This document shows, in pieces, positions 14,414 through 27,526 of a DNA stretch of 64,000 bases. Position numbers and translations under genes: made by a program. Origin of the DNA: Adineta vaga (taxonomy: Eukaryota; Animalia; Rotifera). Below the pieces are notes generated by a model. The model was not told the origin of the DNA. It saw nothing but the letters and a program-made list of their open reading frames with translations, and made no database searches. The stretch spans positions 7,440,001 through 7,504,000 of the forward strand of contig CP075494.1 of NCBI GenBank assembly GCA_021613535.1, read 5' to 3'. Every line of letters starts with the position of its first letter. The stretch's first letter is position 1.

Positions 14414-16528
14414 ATGGCAGCTGAAAATATTACAGAGAAAATTGTTGAAAAAGTCGAATTAGCAGCTGAAGTAGGAAGTAAAGTTGCTAATATTGTTGGT
14501 AATGCTTTTGAAACAACTGTAGCCGATGTTGATCATTCATCGGGAGCAGAAGAAGATACATGGTTGAATTATTTGTTATCATTTGGAATACATATTGCTA
14601 TGGTAGTTATTGTTCTTCTACTTAAATGGCAGTATGGTATGAAAATGAAATAGTATTTGAAAACGAATTTTATACTTCTGTTTAGATCGTAATCGATATC
14701 GTTATCCGAAAGGACCACGTGATTGGCGAAATATAAAAGATGCAGTATCATTTCATCGAAAGAAACGTGAAAATCTACTTGCTCTTGCTACAGATTATCC
14801 TGATTCATGTACAGTTATGACTCATGTTGGTCGTTTAGTTTTACTCAATGATCCAAATCTTATCAATGAAATATTCATTGGACGTGCTGATTTAGTTAGT
14901 AATAAAGTGGATGGTTATCTTGAAAATCAATTACGATATAAAGAAGGAAAACATATTCGTACAGGTATTTTCATGAGAAAATGAATCATTTGTCTTGACA
15001 ATGAATAGTAAACTTAAACCTTGAAAAGATTCAAAATATAAATAATCCACATATAATAGTTGATCGAATGATTGCAAAATGTAAGAGATACGTGATGAGT
15101 AACGCAGAATAGATGGATTAGTTAAATTGTAATAAGTAGCTTTGCAACAGTTAATTCTTAGATAATTGAGGATTATGATCCAGTGCACTTTTTTTGAAGG
15201 TTTCCCATCGTATAATGATGCATTGTATTAGTTGTCAAGTTTTACTTTGCGTGTGATAAACAAATCTTTAAAAGAGAGAATTAAAGCGATGAGACTTTTA
15301 CATTCGATTAAATAGTGTTCTTTTATTTTTTATAGGAATTGTTTTTCGTCATCAAGATCATAATGCTCGAATCATTCATAAAGCTCTTGTGAATCATTTC
15401 GATAATGATCTTGTTGGTAAACGTCTCGATTCTCTCGTACAAGAGCAATTAAAACAAATACGTCTTTCAGAAAAGTTCGATGTTCGTCATACGACATTCT
15501 ATTTCGGTGTTCGTCTATTAACAACATTGACATGTACATCAGCAACTGCATCGATTCATGATAAAACCTTTGAATTATTTGAACAAAATCTTTACAAAAT
15601 TTCCAAAGCAATTCATGCTGATACATTTGCAAAATCTGCGAAAGTAATGCTCACACAATTAACTGGTTTATCTGAAACATTAGATATTAATGAAAATGTC
15701 TTAGATTATATTAAAACATGGATAGAATTTCGACGTGGTGTAAGTACACGTGTTGCTGGTCTACCTGAAGAACAAACAGTAACATCAACAACAAAAGATA
15801 CCGATTTTCTCGATTCAATTTTGAATGTTATCGATGAATCGTCACCACGTTTGGATGAAGATGATATTGCTGCTTGTGTACTTGATATAATCATGCATGG
15901 AAGTGAAATGCTTAAAGGTGCACTTTCATGGTTACTTCTTTATACAGTAAAATATCCTGAACAAGCTGATGAATGTCGACGAGAAGCACGGTAAGATAAA
16001 TCGATTTTTATTTCAGAAAGAAAATGAAATCTTTTTTCAAATAGATCGAAAGGTTACGCATCATTTAATCTTTCATCGGCTGAAGCTCTAACTCAAACTC
16101 AAGCATTTGTTAAAGAGGTGTTACGTGTTTCACCCATTGTTCCAATTGTTATTCATTCTACTTTACAAGATTTTAAATGGCGTAATTTTCATATCCAAAA
16201 ACGTACACAATTTGGAGCTAATCTTGTTGCTTTACATCATTCAATTGCATGGAAAGATGCTATGAATTTCGATGTTAATCGTTGGCTTGGAGATAATTTA
16301 TCAACAATTCCAATCCATTCCTATTCACCTTTTGGATTTGGTCCACGAGCATGTATTGCTGAAAAACATTTATTCAATCTTTTAACTGGCATTCTTGCAA
16401 TATTTTTATATCACAACGATTTCGAAAAAACGGGTCCATTACCTGAACCAAGTGAAGGTTCATTTGGTTTAGTTAATCTCCCACCGAAATTCGCATTGAA
16501 GGCAACGCCACTTAGTACAAGATCGTAA
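14414..16528 (+). CDS. Microsomal cytochrome P450 (clan-2-like), atypical I-helix
   Basis: Exons 14414-14636, 14686-14963, 15336-15990, 16045-16528. TM anchor followed by YPKGPRDW proline motif. K-helix KEVLR. Heme motif PFGFGPRACIAE. I-helix DIIMHGSEM. Confidence 0.92.
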
Positions 16529-16984
16529 ATGATATTTGTCAATGTATATAGAAGATTGCCATATTTATATTTTAAACCAGCAAATCTAATTCTTTTTATC
16601 TAGAATTGTATTTTTTAATCTAGCTATCTGTTTTTATTTTCAGTAAATTGAATTGATCAAAAATAAATTCTCGTTTTTTCTTTTGTATACTTGTTTACAC
16701 AATAAATAAATAAATATATATATATATATACAAGCAAGACTAATTTGTAAATTAATGATTAATTGCATTCATCAAATAAAATACGGTAGCATAATGAATG
16801 GATGCATCTCGTTGACATAGAAAAGTAACAACATCTAGCGCCATCATTCGGAAGTCGAGTTTTTTGTCGGTCATTTCTGATTGATTTACAGTCCATCTCC
16901 AATCGTGTCTTGAATAATTTAAGTAATATATATGCACTCGACGGTTGATTAACGAAACACATCGAAATTCCGGTTATCTTTCAG

Positions 16985-19621
16985 ATGGAAAACGATTTTA
17001 TTGAAGAACCTATTTTAGCCGACGATGATGATGAAGAGGTATAGCCTTTTTATTCGAATTAGAGGTACTGATTTGTTTCGTTTAGCAATCATACGGACAT
17101 ACGAAAAAGTCGAAACATGATAAACTCATTGATTCAATCGTCCATTTAGGTGGCAAAAAGAAGTAAAATCATCTTCATGCTTTTTCTTTTATCTCTGATC
17201 AATAACTAAATTTTCGTACCATTAAATAGAAAAGTTACTCTTCGAACAGAACCAATTAGTAATCCAACTAATCTTCTTGCATCAACACAAACATGTTAGT
17301 TTAACGACTAAATATACTACTCATTTATTTTTTTTTAATTCTATTTATCAATTAGCAAATGCATCAAAAAAGATAAAAAGTCATCAACTCTTATCCAGTT
17401 TAAAAAAGACTTCATCTTTACAAGTTCAAACATTAAAAAAACAGTTAGCCAAAGTTAATAAACATCAATCTGTTCTTGAGCAACCATTACAAAAACCTCA
17501 AGCCGAAAAGGTTCCTTCGTTATTACTCTAATCGTTAAAAAGATCTTCGTCATTTTCTTAGGCCGAACGTATTGCTGCGTATAATCAAGAAAAGAAATCA
17601 TTGAAGAAATGGGATCCGATCGTTGAAAAATATCGAACAGTAAATACATGTTTAATGATTATCAAATATATCTTCGTTTTATTTCAGGCTGAAACATTGA
17701 ATTTTCCACTTCAAAATGGTGGCGTTCAATTTCAAACTACTCAAGAATTTGTTGGCAAATTTAAGGTAAACAGAAGAGTTTGTTGTTCATCGAATCAAAC
17801 TCATCATTGATTCTTCTAGCCATTAAGTTCCTTAGAGAAAGATATTGCAGCGATATTACAATCAAGTAATAATAATATTCAACCTGATTCATTACTTACA
17901 CAAGCTGAAAAGAAGATGATTAGTAAAATGGATTTACTTGAAGTATTTATATTATAGTTGACATCAAAAAGAAAAAAGGAAAGAAAATATCTATGTTGTA
18001 GGCAAAAGCAAAATTAAATGAATTGAAAAAAATGCGTGCATTGATTTCATATCAACAAGCAAAATTTAAACGAGTCGGAAAGATTAAAAGTAAAAAGTAA
18101 GTAAGAATATTTTACTCTGACATTTTACACTATAAAATATTCAAAAAATGTATACATTGAGAAGATCACTATGTTTTATTTTTCGTATAGATTTCGTCGT
18201 CTCGCTCGAAAAGATCGACAAAAACAAGAAGAAAAAGATCTTGAAAAATTAGCGATCGAAAATCCCGATGAGTTTCTTGAACGTTTACAACAACTTGAAC
18301 GACGTCGTATTGAAGAACGCTCAACATTACGACATAAAAATTCTACAAAGTGGGCAAAAGAAAAACGATTATTAGCGAAGTTCAATACAAAAGTAAACCA
18401 AATCAGTATTAATTTTATTGATTTTATTTTTTCATTAGGTCCGAGAAGATATAGAAGAACAGTTGAAACTTGGTAAACAGTTTAGTAAAAAACAAGCAGA
18501 AGATGATAGCGGTGATGATGACGATGAAGAAGAAGAAAAACAAACGTTAGCAGTCAAACCAAAAGCTGAAATGCCTAAAAAGAAATCGACAGAAATTCCA
18601 TTAATTCTTCCTCCATCACAAGCCGAAGCAGATGCAAATCCATGGTTGACAACAATGACTAGTGTAGTTCTTCCAGCATCAGAATATTCTAAACCAAGTG
18701 AAGTTCGAAATGAAGAAACTTCGTCATCAGAAAGTGGTGGTGATGATGATGATGATGATGACGACGAAAAAGAAGAGGAGGATGAAAAAAATAATGTTTC
18801 TCTACCTTCAAGTGAAACACAGGATGTAAAATCACCTAAATCTATCGAACATCTTCACATGCCAGTATCCAATAAGCGAATTGAAGTTGAACAAAAAGAT
18901 CAACAAAATGAACAGCATCAAATGAATATTCAAGAAGCATTTGCTGATGATGATGTTCTTGCGGAATTTGAAAAAGAAAAAACGGATATTATTGAACGTG
19001 ATCGTCCTAAAACGATTGATTTATCATTACCTGGTTGGGGTGAATGGGGTGGAGTAGGTGTACCAGTTAACAAACGAAAAAAACGAAAGTAAACGAACAA
19101 AAAACTTCAACTTTTCTTGATTCTTATGATTTCTTTTATTTTTAGATTTTTAATTCCTCCAAAACGTGCACCACCTCGTCGAGATGTTCATCTTCAGCAT
19201 GTGATTATCAATGAAAAAGCCGATCAGAAAATTTCCGAACATCGCGTACGTATTTTCTTTTCAAATAGAAGAATTTTTCGAAACAATATTTCTCTAGGTT
19301 AATGATCTACCATTTCCATTTGTTAATGTTGATCAATTTGAATCATTAATTCAACAACCATTAGGTCGTGAATGGAATCCTGAAACAGCTTATCGTCGTT
19401 TAAATCAACCCAAAATACGTACACGTATTGGTGTTCGTATTGAACCATTGAATAAACAGGATGTTTTCCTAAAACACAATCGTTCAAAACAAGATCAATC
19501 AACATTAGATTTTGATTTAGCAGATAATTCTCAACAAGAAATATCGACATCAACTATTGAACAAGATTCTTTATTTGATAACGATCAAAATTCAAAGAAA
19601 AAATTAAAACGAAGAAGATAA
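16985..19621 (+). CDS. UTP14: U3 snoRNA-associated protein 14 (SSU processome), multi-exon
   Basis: Motifs KWDPIV, KFKRVGKIKSKKFRR, RRIEERSTLRHKNSTKWAK, IQEAFADDDVLAEFEKEK, LPGWGEWGG, RRDVHLQHVIINEK, LPFPF...PLGREWNPETAY. Stop at 19619-19621. Confidence 0.95.
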
Positions 19622-21075
19622 CAAACTTAATATATCATCAATTTGTTTTGTTTTGTTTTCTTGTTCTTGTGTTATTCTATCAAATATATAGTTATTTGAT
19701 ATTGACATAATATCTAAAGGATATCTTCAGATAGAATGCTCGAACTCATATTTTGAGAAAGAAGTCTAAACGATCAAATGAATACTGATGAGTTGCTTTC
19801 ATGAACAAAAATTGGAAGGAAAACTATTGTTTGTGTTTTCGTGAAGAAACTAATTCATCAAAATGGGTACAAACGCAGTATAAATTGAAAATGAATCTGA
19901 GCATTCAATTAATCTGATGTTAAATCTCATCATTTTCATTCTTCACGTAAATATATATATCGCTTAGTAGAGATTATCTTTTAGTCATTTCTTTTTCTAA
20001 TCAATATAAACGTTTCATGTTCTTCTCGTGGTTATTAATTAGAAAAACAGCATCGTTCGTACTTCGATGCTTACACGATGTATATATATATATGCTATTA
20101 TATTTATGTCGACTCTATACTTTGTAATACTAGCGAGAGAGATAGAGCACTCCTCTTCACAGGAAGAACATCGTGAGTTAGATATTATTCTTTTGCTTTC
20201 ATGCTATATTACAGGGTGTGACATGAGAGAGAGTAGATTTTCCTTTGTTCGTCAAGACATCATTTCTCTTTAGTTGATATTTTTCGATAGGAAAACATTT
20301 TCTCAACTTTTCTAATTACAATTGAATATTTTCTTAAATTTCTCTTTTGGTTTTCTTTGTATATGATTGATTTTTGATGAATACTCGAGTGAATAATAAT
20401 GCATTTCTTTCTGACATATAATTAAATCGTATTTGACAAGCGATTATTTACAATCAGTTATCTATTGTAATCTTTTGCCAGTTTTCCTTTTCTTCTAACA
20501 TAGAAAACTTTCTTATTTAAATATTAATGATTCGAAAGAGAATACTTTTATTTCTATCTTCTTTTTTCTTCTCTTCTATATGAAATATCTTCATTTATTA
20601 TGAATAAGAGAAACTCTATCATATTTGTAGGTTAAACAAACCCAATTGTTAGACGAAAGAATAATGATTTTGAACAACATCTTAATCATGTATTGCGAAT
20701 GAAACAAACAGGTAATGCGACAAACATTTTCGATGATAATTTCCATGTAAAACTTTACTTGCATATTATTCAAGTGTCAGACATTTTAGCGTATTATTTC
20801 TAATCGAATGCTTATTAATAGTATTGCTTATGAACGACCTCTTCAGACAAATTCAGAATAGAGAATGAATTTCATTACTCACGAGAATTTATGAAATGAT
20901 TTTAAAAAATAAATTTCTTCTGATTGAAAACTTATTGAATAGATATTTTCTATTTTTAGCGCTACAATCATTGTGAATATTGGTATAGAAAACAACTCCA
21001 ATGAATAATTATCGGTTCGTCATCGTTGGTTTTCTTAGTTATAAATAATCAAGGGTTTTGACATTTCGAGAAAGC

Positions 21076-22377
21076 ATGCCCACAACGGGCGCTATTCTTG
21101 AAACAAGTATTGCTTCAATGGCACCGATTAATGTAATTCCGACAACTAGGCAAGGCTCCTCACCACATACAACAACTCATACAAATCTACCAGATGATCG
21201 TGAAGTTTTCAAAGTAGAACTTTTTCTTAAATTGAACAAGATAAAATGTATATTTTTTGTTCATAGGTTTTACACGATTGTATGAAAGATGTTGCAAAAT
21301 TTCGACAATATGTTTATTATCTTGGTACATCATGTGATACAACGAAACTACGAAATAAAATTCAAAAATTAAAAGAACGTATTCATTGTAGTTTTTATCA
21401 TCAACGAGAAGTTCTTGGAAGTGGAGTAGCAATAGCCGGAACGTAAGTTAGAAAATTGATTTGAAATATTTTATGATTGATGTTTATTTAGAACGAAAAG
21501 TGAAATAACAGTACGACGATTTGAAAAATGTTTATGTTTTACCTTGGCTTCTCTTAATTATTATGAAGATTTACTTCATAAATTTTCTATTCTTCTCGTT
21601 TATTTTCCAGTAGCAACTGGAGGTAAATCTTTTTTCGTTGAAACTATACTTTTCAACAGGATATATATCAAATTTAGATAGTGAAAATGTTGTTAATTTG
21701 GGTTTTGAAGATTCTACGATAACTGCCGATGAAGTTTCATATGAAAATCATGAAGCAGAAGAAAATGAAACTAATCGTTACATTGAATTATTGAAGTATT
21801 TGTCATTACAACATTTTCTTTGTCTAAAAACGAAAAACAATTTTTTTCTTCTTCAGTCAAATTCAATACATTCAAACTCTTCGTGATGAAATCGAACACA
21901 TCGATGTTTATCAATTACGACATCATGCTACATCGTATTCAAGAGAATTTGGTTTGTATTTAAAACAATACAAAAACGAAATGAACTGTATTTTGACGAT
22001 TTTTTTCATCTAGTTGAAAATATGCATAAGTATACAACTGATTTAATCACAGAAAGAAATCTTGAAAGACATAATTCGACCTTTCGTCATTATTTTAATG
22101 ATAATGCTTCATCAGTAGTATGTTGAAACTTGTTGTCTGCAAAAAAAAAGAAAAAGAACGAGAGAAACTCTTGTGCTTTGTATGTTGTATTGAAAAACAC
22201 ATCTGTTGAATAGAACTGAATTCTCATCATGATTTTCTTTCCTAGATCCTTCAATGTCATCGACGATGTAACCGACGAAAAGTTCTTTGTTTAATGACGC
22301 TAGCATTATCTATGTTAATTCTTATTGGAATATGTATTGCTGTTCTTTCAGCGACAAGTCAAAAATCTCCTGGTTAA
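21076..22377 (+). CDS. RGS9BP(R9AP)/RGS7BP-family membrane anchor (syntaxin-like), C-terminal TM helix, ~297 aa
   Basis: Exons 21076-21213, 21267-21442, 21492-21622, 21678-21795, 21857-21951, 22014-22117 and 22246-22377 are phase-consistent. VAKFRQYVYYLGTSCDTTKLRNKIQK and FEKCL...YEDLLHKFSILLVYFP..VVNLG resemble the R9AP/R7BP core. The last exon encodes RRCNRRKVLCLMTLALSMLILIGICIAVL (basic patch plus TM). Confidence 0.7.
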
Positions 22378-22471
22378 AAACAAATCAATATAAAAAACGT
22401 TTTCTTGTCAGATTACTTTTCATTGACATTTATTGAATCAAAGATATGAACATAAACAAATTGTTTTCTTC

Positions 22472-22499
22472 GTGTGTGTGTGTGTGTGTGTATGTGTGT
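22472..22499. repeat. (TG)n microsatellite
   Basis: gtgtgtgtgtgtgtgtgtgtatgtgtgt in the 3' region of the RGS-anchor gene. Confidence 0.85.
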
Positions 22500-23356
22500 A
22501 AATTTCCCGTCCAATGTAAACTTCTATTTCTTGTGTTTCGTTTCTATTTTCTTGCGCTTGCTTTGTTTGGATGCATATGTATTGCTAAATTCGATGTTTT
22601 ATGTTTCAGATAAATTTCAATCATTCTTAATATCTATGATTTAGATTGATCTTTAGATTTTTACATCTACAAGTATGAAATATCTATTTATAGATCTAAA
22701 GAACACACGAGGGTGCCCTTTTTTTTCCTCTTAGATCCTTCCGTTGAATGAAAACGAGAAGAAAGTCGAGACATTGATTAGAACTAAAAATATTTTTCTT
22801 TCTTTTACACAGTTTTTTAAAACATACTGATTGGATCAAAGAACACCACTTTTTACGTACTACAAACGAAAATTGTCCTCATCCGGAAAGATGAGAGTTC
22901 ATTAAGTGTTATACAATTTATTTCCGATCTCATTCTGTTGTGTGAAGAATGTAATATAGATATAATTTTTGCTCGTAGAAAAATGATTAGTTGTCGTTCT
23001 TTATTTGTAATGACTTTCGACTAAATAAATTGATTATGACAATCATCGAATATTTTTCCTTAAAGACATAACTAGTTGACTAATATAAAAATCTATTTTT
23101 ACTTCATAGATTTAATGACTTTTTTTTTCTACGTAATTCGATTTGATTCGTAACTAATTCACGATTGATCGATTGATTTCCATACATTTGATTAAACATC
23201 CAAGTTCGAATGCACGATATAAAATTTAATGGGAAAATACTTGAATTTAATAATTTTCTTTTAATATTTCCGTTTTGAAAAGTATCATTGAACTAATTGT
23301 ATGATTAAGTACAAAAAAAAGATATTTTTTCTCGTTTATTTTAGACTAATTAAATT

Positions 23357-25462
23357 ATGATTGAAGGACATCTTTATTTCTTTCCATTATCCGTATGTAT
23401 TCTTATTCCATGTGCATATTTTACATCGTAAGTTAGACTTTTCTTTCATTTTCTCTTCTTATTAAACTTTAACAACTTAGTTTCTTCGTTGCTGTTCATT
23501 TTGGTCATTTAAAATTTGAATTTCCATTTCTAAAGTAAGATATAATCCTAGACGAAAGAGTTTTCTTTACTAGAATGTCTGATTTGTTGAGATAAATATT
23601 AATGAAATTCAAACTGATGCGTCAATTTACATACGCTTCATTGTCACGAGATAACCTTTAGTTTCATCAGTTTGCGTCATGATTAATTGTTAATCAGTAA
23701 GAAGCACGCATTCTAAATGACGCAATAAACTATGATAATTTTCATAGAAGATAATTAAAAGTATACAGTATTAAATCATATGTATCGACAGGAATGAGTA
23801 ATTTTTTTTAAATGAGATGATTATTTCGACATGTGAATTGTTACTTACAATCTAATCTAATCATATAAAGACATCTTCATTGATCACAAAAGAACGTGAT
23901 GAGATTAGTTAGTACTTCTTAAGTATGATTGATGTTTTTGTCTGAATCTTTCAGTATGAATACGAATTAATAGATATTTGAGACAATTTTATTTACATAT
24001 CATGCAATGTTAATTTAGTCACTCATCAACTGATTCACCAGAATCATGTATTTATTCTCAAATAATTAATTTCGTTTCATTTCTTCGTAAGTATTTTAAT
24101 ATTATCTGTTACAAAAAATCGAAATCAATGATATTTCTATTTAGTTATTATTACTATATATATACGTTATCGTCAAATGTAAGTTCAACATCATCATGTT
24201 CTTCTTTTTGATTATCTTGCGGTCAATTATTTAGAACAGAACTTATTCGTAACAATCCAACATGTGGAATAAGATATATTCGATTCAATATTACTTTTCT
24301 TATATGTGGAATTATTGCTGCCTTTAGTTTAAGTATTACTTCGAATTTTCCTGTTCGTATTTTGATCGAATCGAAACATATGACTTGAACTTTACCTTTT
24401 TTTTTCCTTATGCCATATAGCATACTAATGTTTATTCTATTCGTATAATGGCACTATATACTACATATCTTACAAGTGTTGGAGCATTGAATTGTGAAAC
24501 ACTTTTATCACTTTGGATTCAACCATTATTATATTCCAGTCGAATATTACCAATTCTTCGAAGCATAATTACAATTATTTGTACTTTGACACTTTTTCTA
24601 TGTAAGTAAATGAGACATTTGGAATGTTTGATTAGAAAGAAAATTCGATTAGAGAAATGTTTTATTAAGTTAAAATTGAAGGATGATGGCTCTTCATTTT
24701 GACAGAATAGCAAATGTCTTTTGGGATTCGATCTGTTTATTAATTAGATATCCATATTTCATAAGCTGAGTAAGGAGAAAAACATCAAATATGATGTGAA
24801 AATTATCATGACTTTTAGTTTGGTATTGGATTTTGTCTGGAAAGACTCAAATTTGATCATAGAAGAAGTCTAAAATAGTGTATTTTTTGACTAATTATCA
24901 TCATGTTCTTCTTAAATGACACTTGAAATAGATTTGATTTCAATTGTAATTATGTTGATCATATAACAATTAATAGTAAAACGAAGTCGATCATTTTATG
25001 GATGAGTATATGAACTTTCTATCACCCATGGCGAAACAAACATCTTTCAGTGTAGAACATTCTGTTGTGTTAATATTAAAATATATAAAAATCTTTTGAT
25101 TAATAAATTAAATACGCTCATTCTTTGACCTTGACTCTAATCTCATGAAAATCAATACTTTTTAGTTCTTATTGTTCAAACCATTATTCTTATCAAATAT
25201 GATAATGAAAACAAACCTTGGACATCAACAACACTCGTATATAATCTTTTCAAAATTTTTGTTCATTTTTTTGTGTTATTTTTTGTAGGGTTGGAATTAT
25301 CATCTAACTTCCATTATTTCTACATGGATATTAACTAGTTTTCTTCTTTTATATCTTTCAACTTTAATCATTGATTTTCATCGAATCAAAATCATTTCAC
25401 CAAAAATTTTCCTTACAAATGATATAACCGATGAACAAAATGCATTATCCTTATCTATATAA
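23357..25462 (+). CDS. DRAM/TMEM150 (Frag1/DRAM/Sfk1 family) multi-pass membrane protein, 256 aa, 8 exons
   Basis: Exons 23357-23427, 23481-23534, 24019-24086, 24145-24178, 24235-24352, 24421-24601, 25166-25236, 25289-25462 total 771 nt, all GT-AG and phase-consistent. Family motifs AVHFGHL.FEFPFL, SPESCIYSQIINF, TIYIRYRQ, SITSNFP, GWNYHL, LIIDFHRI. Confidence 0.88.
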
Positions 25463-27526
25463 AGATAGTGTTCATCTATTTTTTATTATAATTTCTTTTT
25501 TCTAGTCTAAAGCATTTTTAATGTATGAATAATGATCTTTTCTAAAAATATTTTTTTCGAAATAAAGCTCAAGATAAAATTATTCTTATGCAATGAAAAT
25601 GAAAGGTACTTTTATTCACCATTATTTCCATACACTTAAATAATAATTTAAAATGAAATGATTCGTTGAATAGAATGTTTTCATTATTTATTTGAAGGGT
25701 TTTTTATTGTTTCTATAGAATCTTTATGAATATTTGTTTGAAAAATATATTAAAATCACCGATCGCCATTTGAGAAGAAAAAGAGACGGAAACTATGCTA
25801 GTTAATTTACAAAAAAGAAAAAACTAATTGGAGTGAAAATTATTAGCTTTTAATCAATTAGAACATGATATTTATTTTGAAAAGAAACTATCGCCTACAT
25901 CAATCTTCTTAATTAAGTCAATTACTAAATATAAACATATTTCTAAAAATAAATAAATTCTTTAAAGAAAAGATCAACCAACTCAGATCGCCTCTCCTGC
26001 GTATGTATTTTCATAATTCTTGATCTTGACATTGTGTTTTCTTTAGAACGAAACCCAATCATTAACCTAAATGGATTTTTTTTCTAATCTTGTCAATAAT
26101 TTCTTCAGTCTCAGAAGACGTACAAAAGGAAGATGTAAACATTGATAAACAGAACCATATAGCAACCATGCATACTAAAGTGCTTTGAGGGTGTAATGAG
26201 ATCTCAGTTTAATATATATTTTTGGCAGAAAATCGAGATTCTAAGTGATCAAATAGATAATATGATTTAGTAACAATGAAAACAAGTTCATTTCGTTTAT
26301 CCGATGATAATCGCACTTGATTAAGTAGAGAAATGATATATGGAATGATCAATAATCATGACAACAATATGACCCTTTCTCATTCATCTATTATCATTGA
26401 AGAGACTAAATGAATAAAGTTAACCAAATGGTAAACACAAAGAACGGAAGACAACGCCTGTCTGTCTATGTTGTTAATGCGTGTTGTAACAGTTCTCTGT
26501 CTTTTTTCTATTTCCTCAGTTAGGAAAATAACATAGATGTTGATATGTTTTTTTTTGTTGTTATGATGACATCTTGACAATCACTAAGCATAATCATAAA
26601 TTTAACTAATTGATACTATCATTAATCATTACAGAAATCTCATCTTATTGTCGATTAACTGACTGTAAGAAACAAGAAGAATAATTTAATTTACTTGCAT
26701 GATTTCAAAGATTTTTCTACTAAGTAATTATTTAATTTTGCTCGTCGACATTTTGTTTTTTTGTCTCATAAGAAAAGAAAAACGACTCGAGCATAGTGCT
26801 TACGAGAATAACTATAATTATTATTTCTTTACATCGGTTATTAGAAGAAAAATGCACGAGACCAGTTTTCTTTTCCATTCTTTTCCACATACCTAAACAG
26901 ACACTCGAAAGAAGAAGAAGAAAAAAGAAAATGCAAATGCACTAATACCAATAATGTATGTATGTTATTACACATATCCATGCTGCTTGTCAAAATCATT
27001 TCTAATACGAATGAGCAAAAGAAACAAAAATTAGATTTGCCATCATTTCTATTATCCTTTTCTCGTATCTATCAAAACATTCAACGAGAGAAAAAAAGTT
27101 TCAGTAGTAAGCAACAAAACAAAGTTATATGTTGAATATATATCTAATGGGCTTATCACTAAAAATCTGTATGTTCGCGTCTATTTAGCTGACTTCCGTC
27201 TATTTCATTAGATTTTCTTCCTTATACCAATGTCTGTAGGAGAAGAAGAAGAAGGAGAAGAAAAAGGGGGAAAAACATGCAGTTCTTTTCTTTTTTTCCT
27301 TCTTGTTCTCTTGCTCTCATAAGTATCAAATGACAGTCGATAATAGAGAGTATACTAATACCAAAAAGTTATCAATATATCTATATCTATATATGTTAGA
27401 GCTCCTTTTCTATATTGCACTTATGTATTTTGATAAATGTTCCTCTTTTAGATGTATAGAGTTTGCTTTTCTTTCATATTGAAATAATTCAATGAAGAAA
27501 ATTAAATATTAGGAAATTTTTTGAAC

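Noticed and set aside
14414-16528. Assignment of the P450 to CYP307 (spook) because of SPIVP and the missing Thr
   Set aside because: The I-helix does not match the recalled GGHSA motif, and family assignment needs a phylogeny. No symbol given.
25500-27500. Short ORFs (26380-26580, 26699-26896) in the region upstream of PLCL
   Set aside because: AT-rich low-complexity translations with no motif or consistent exon chain. Treated as promoter/UTR.
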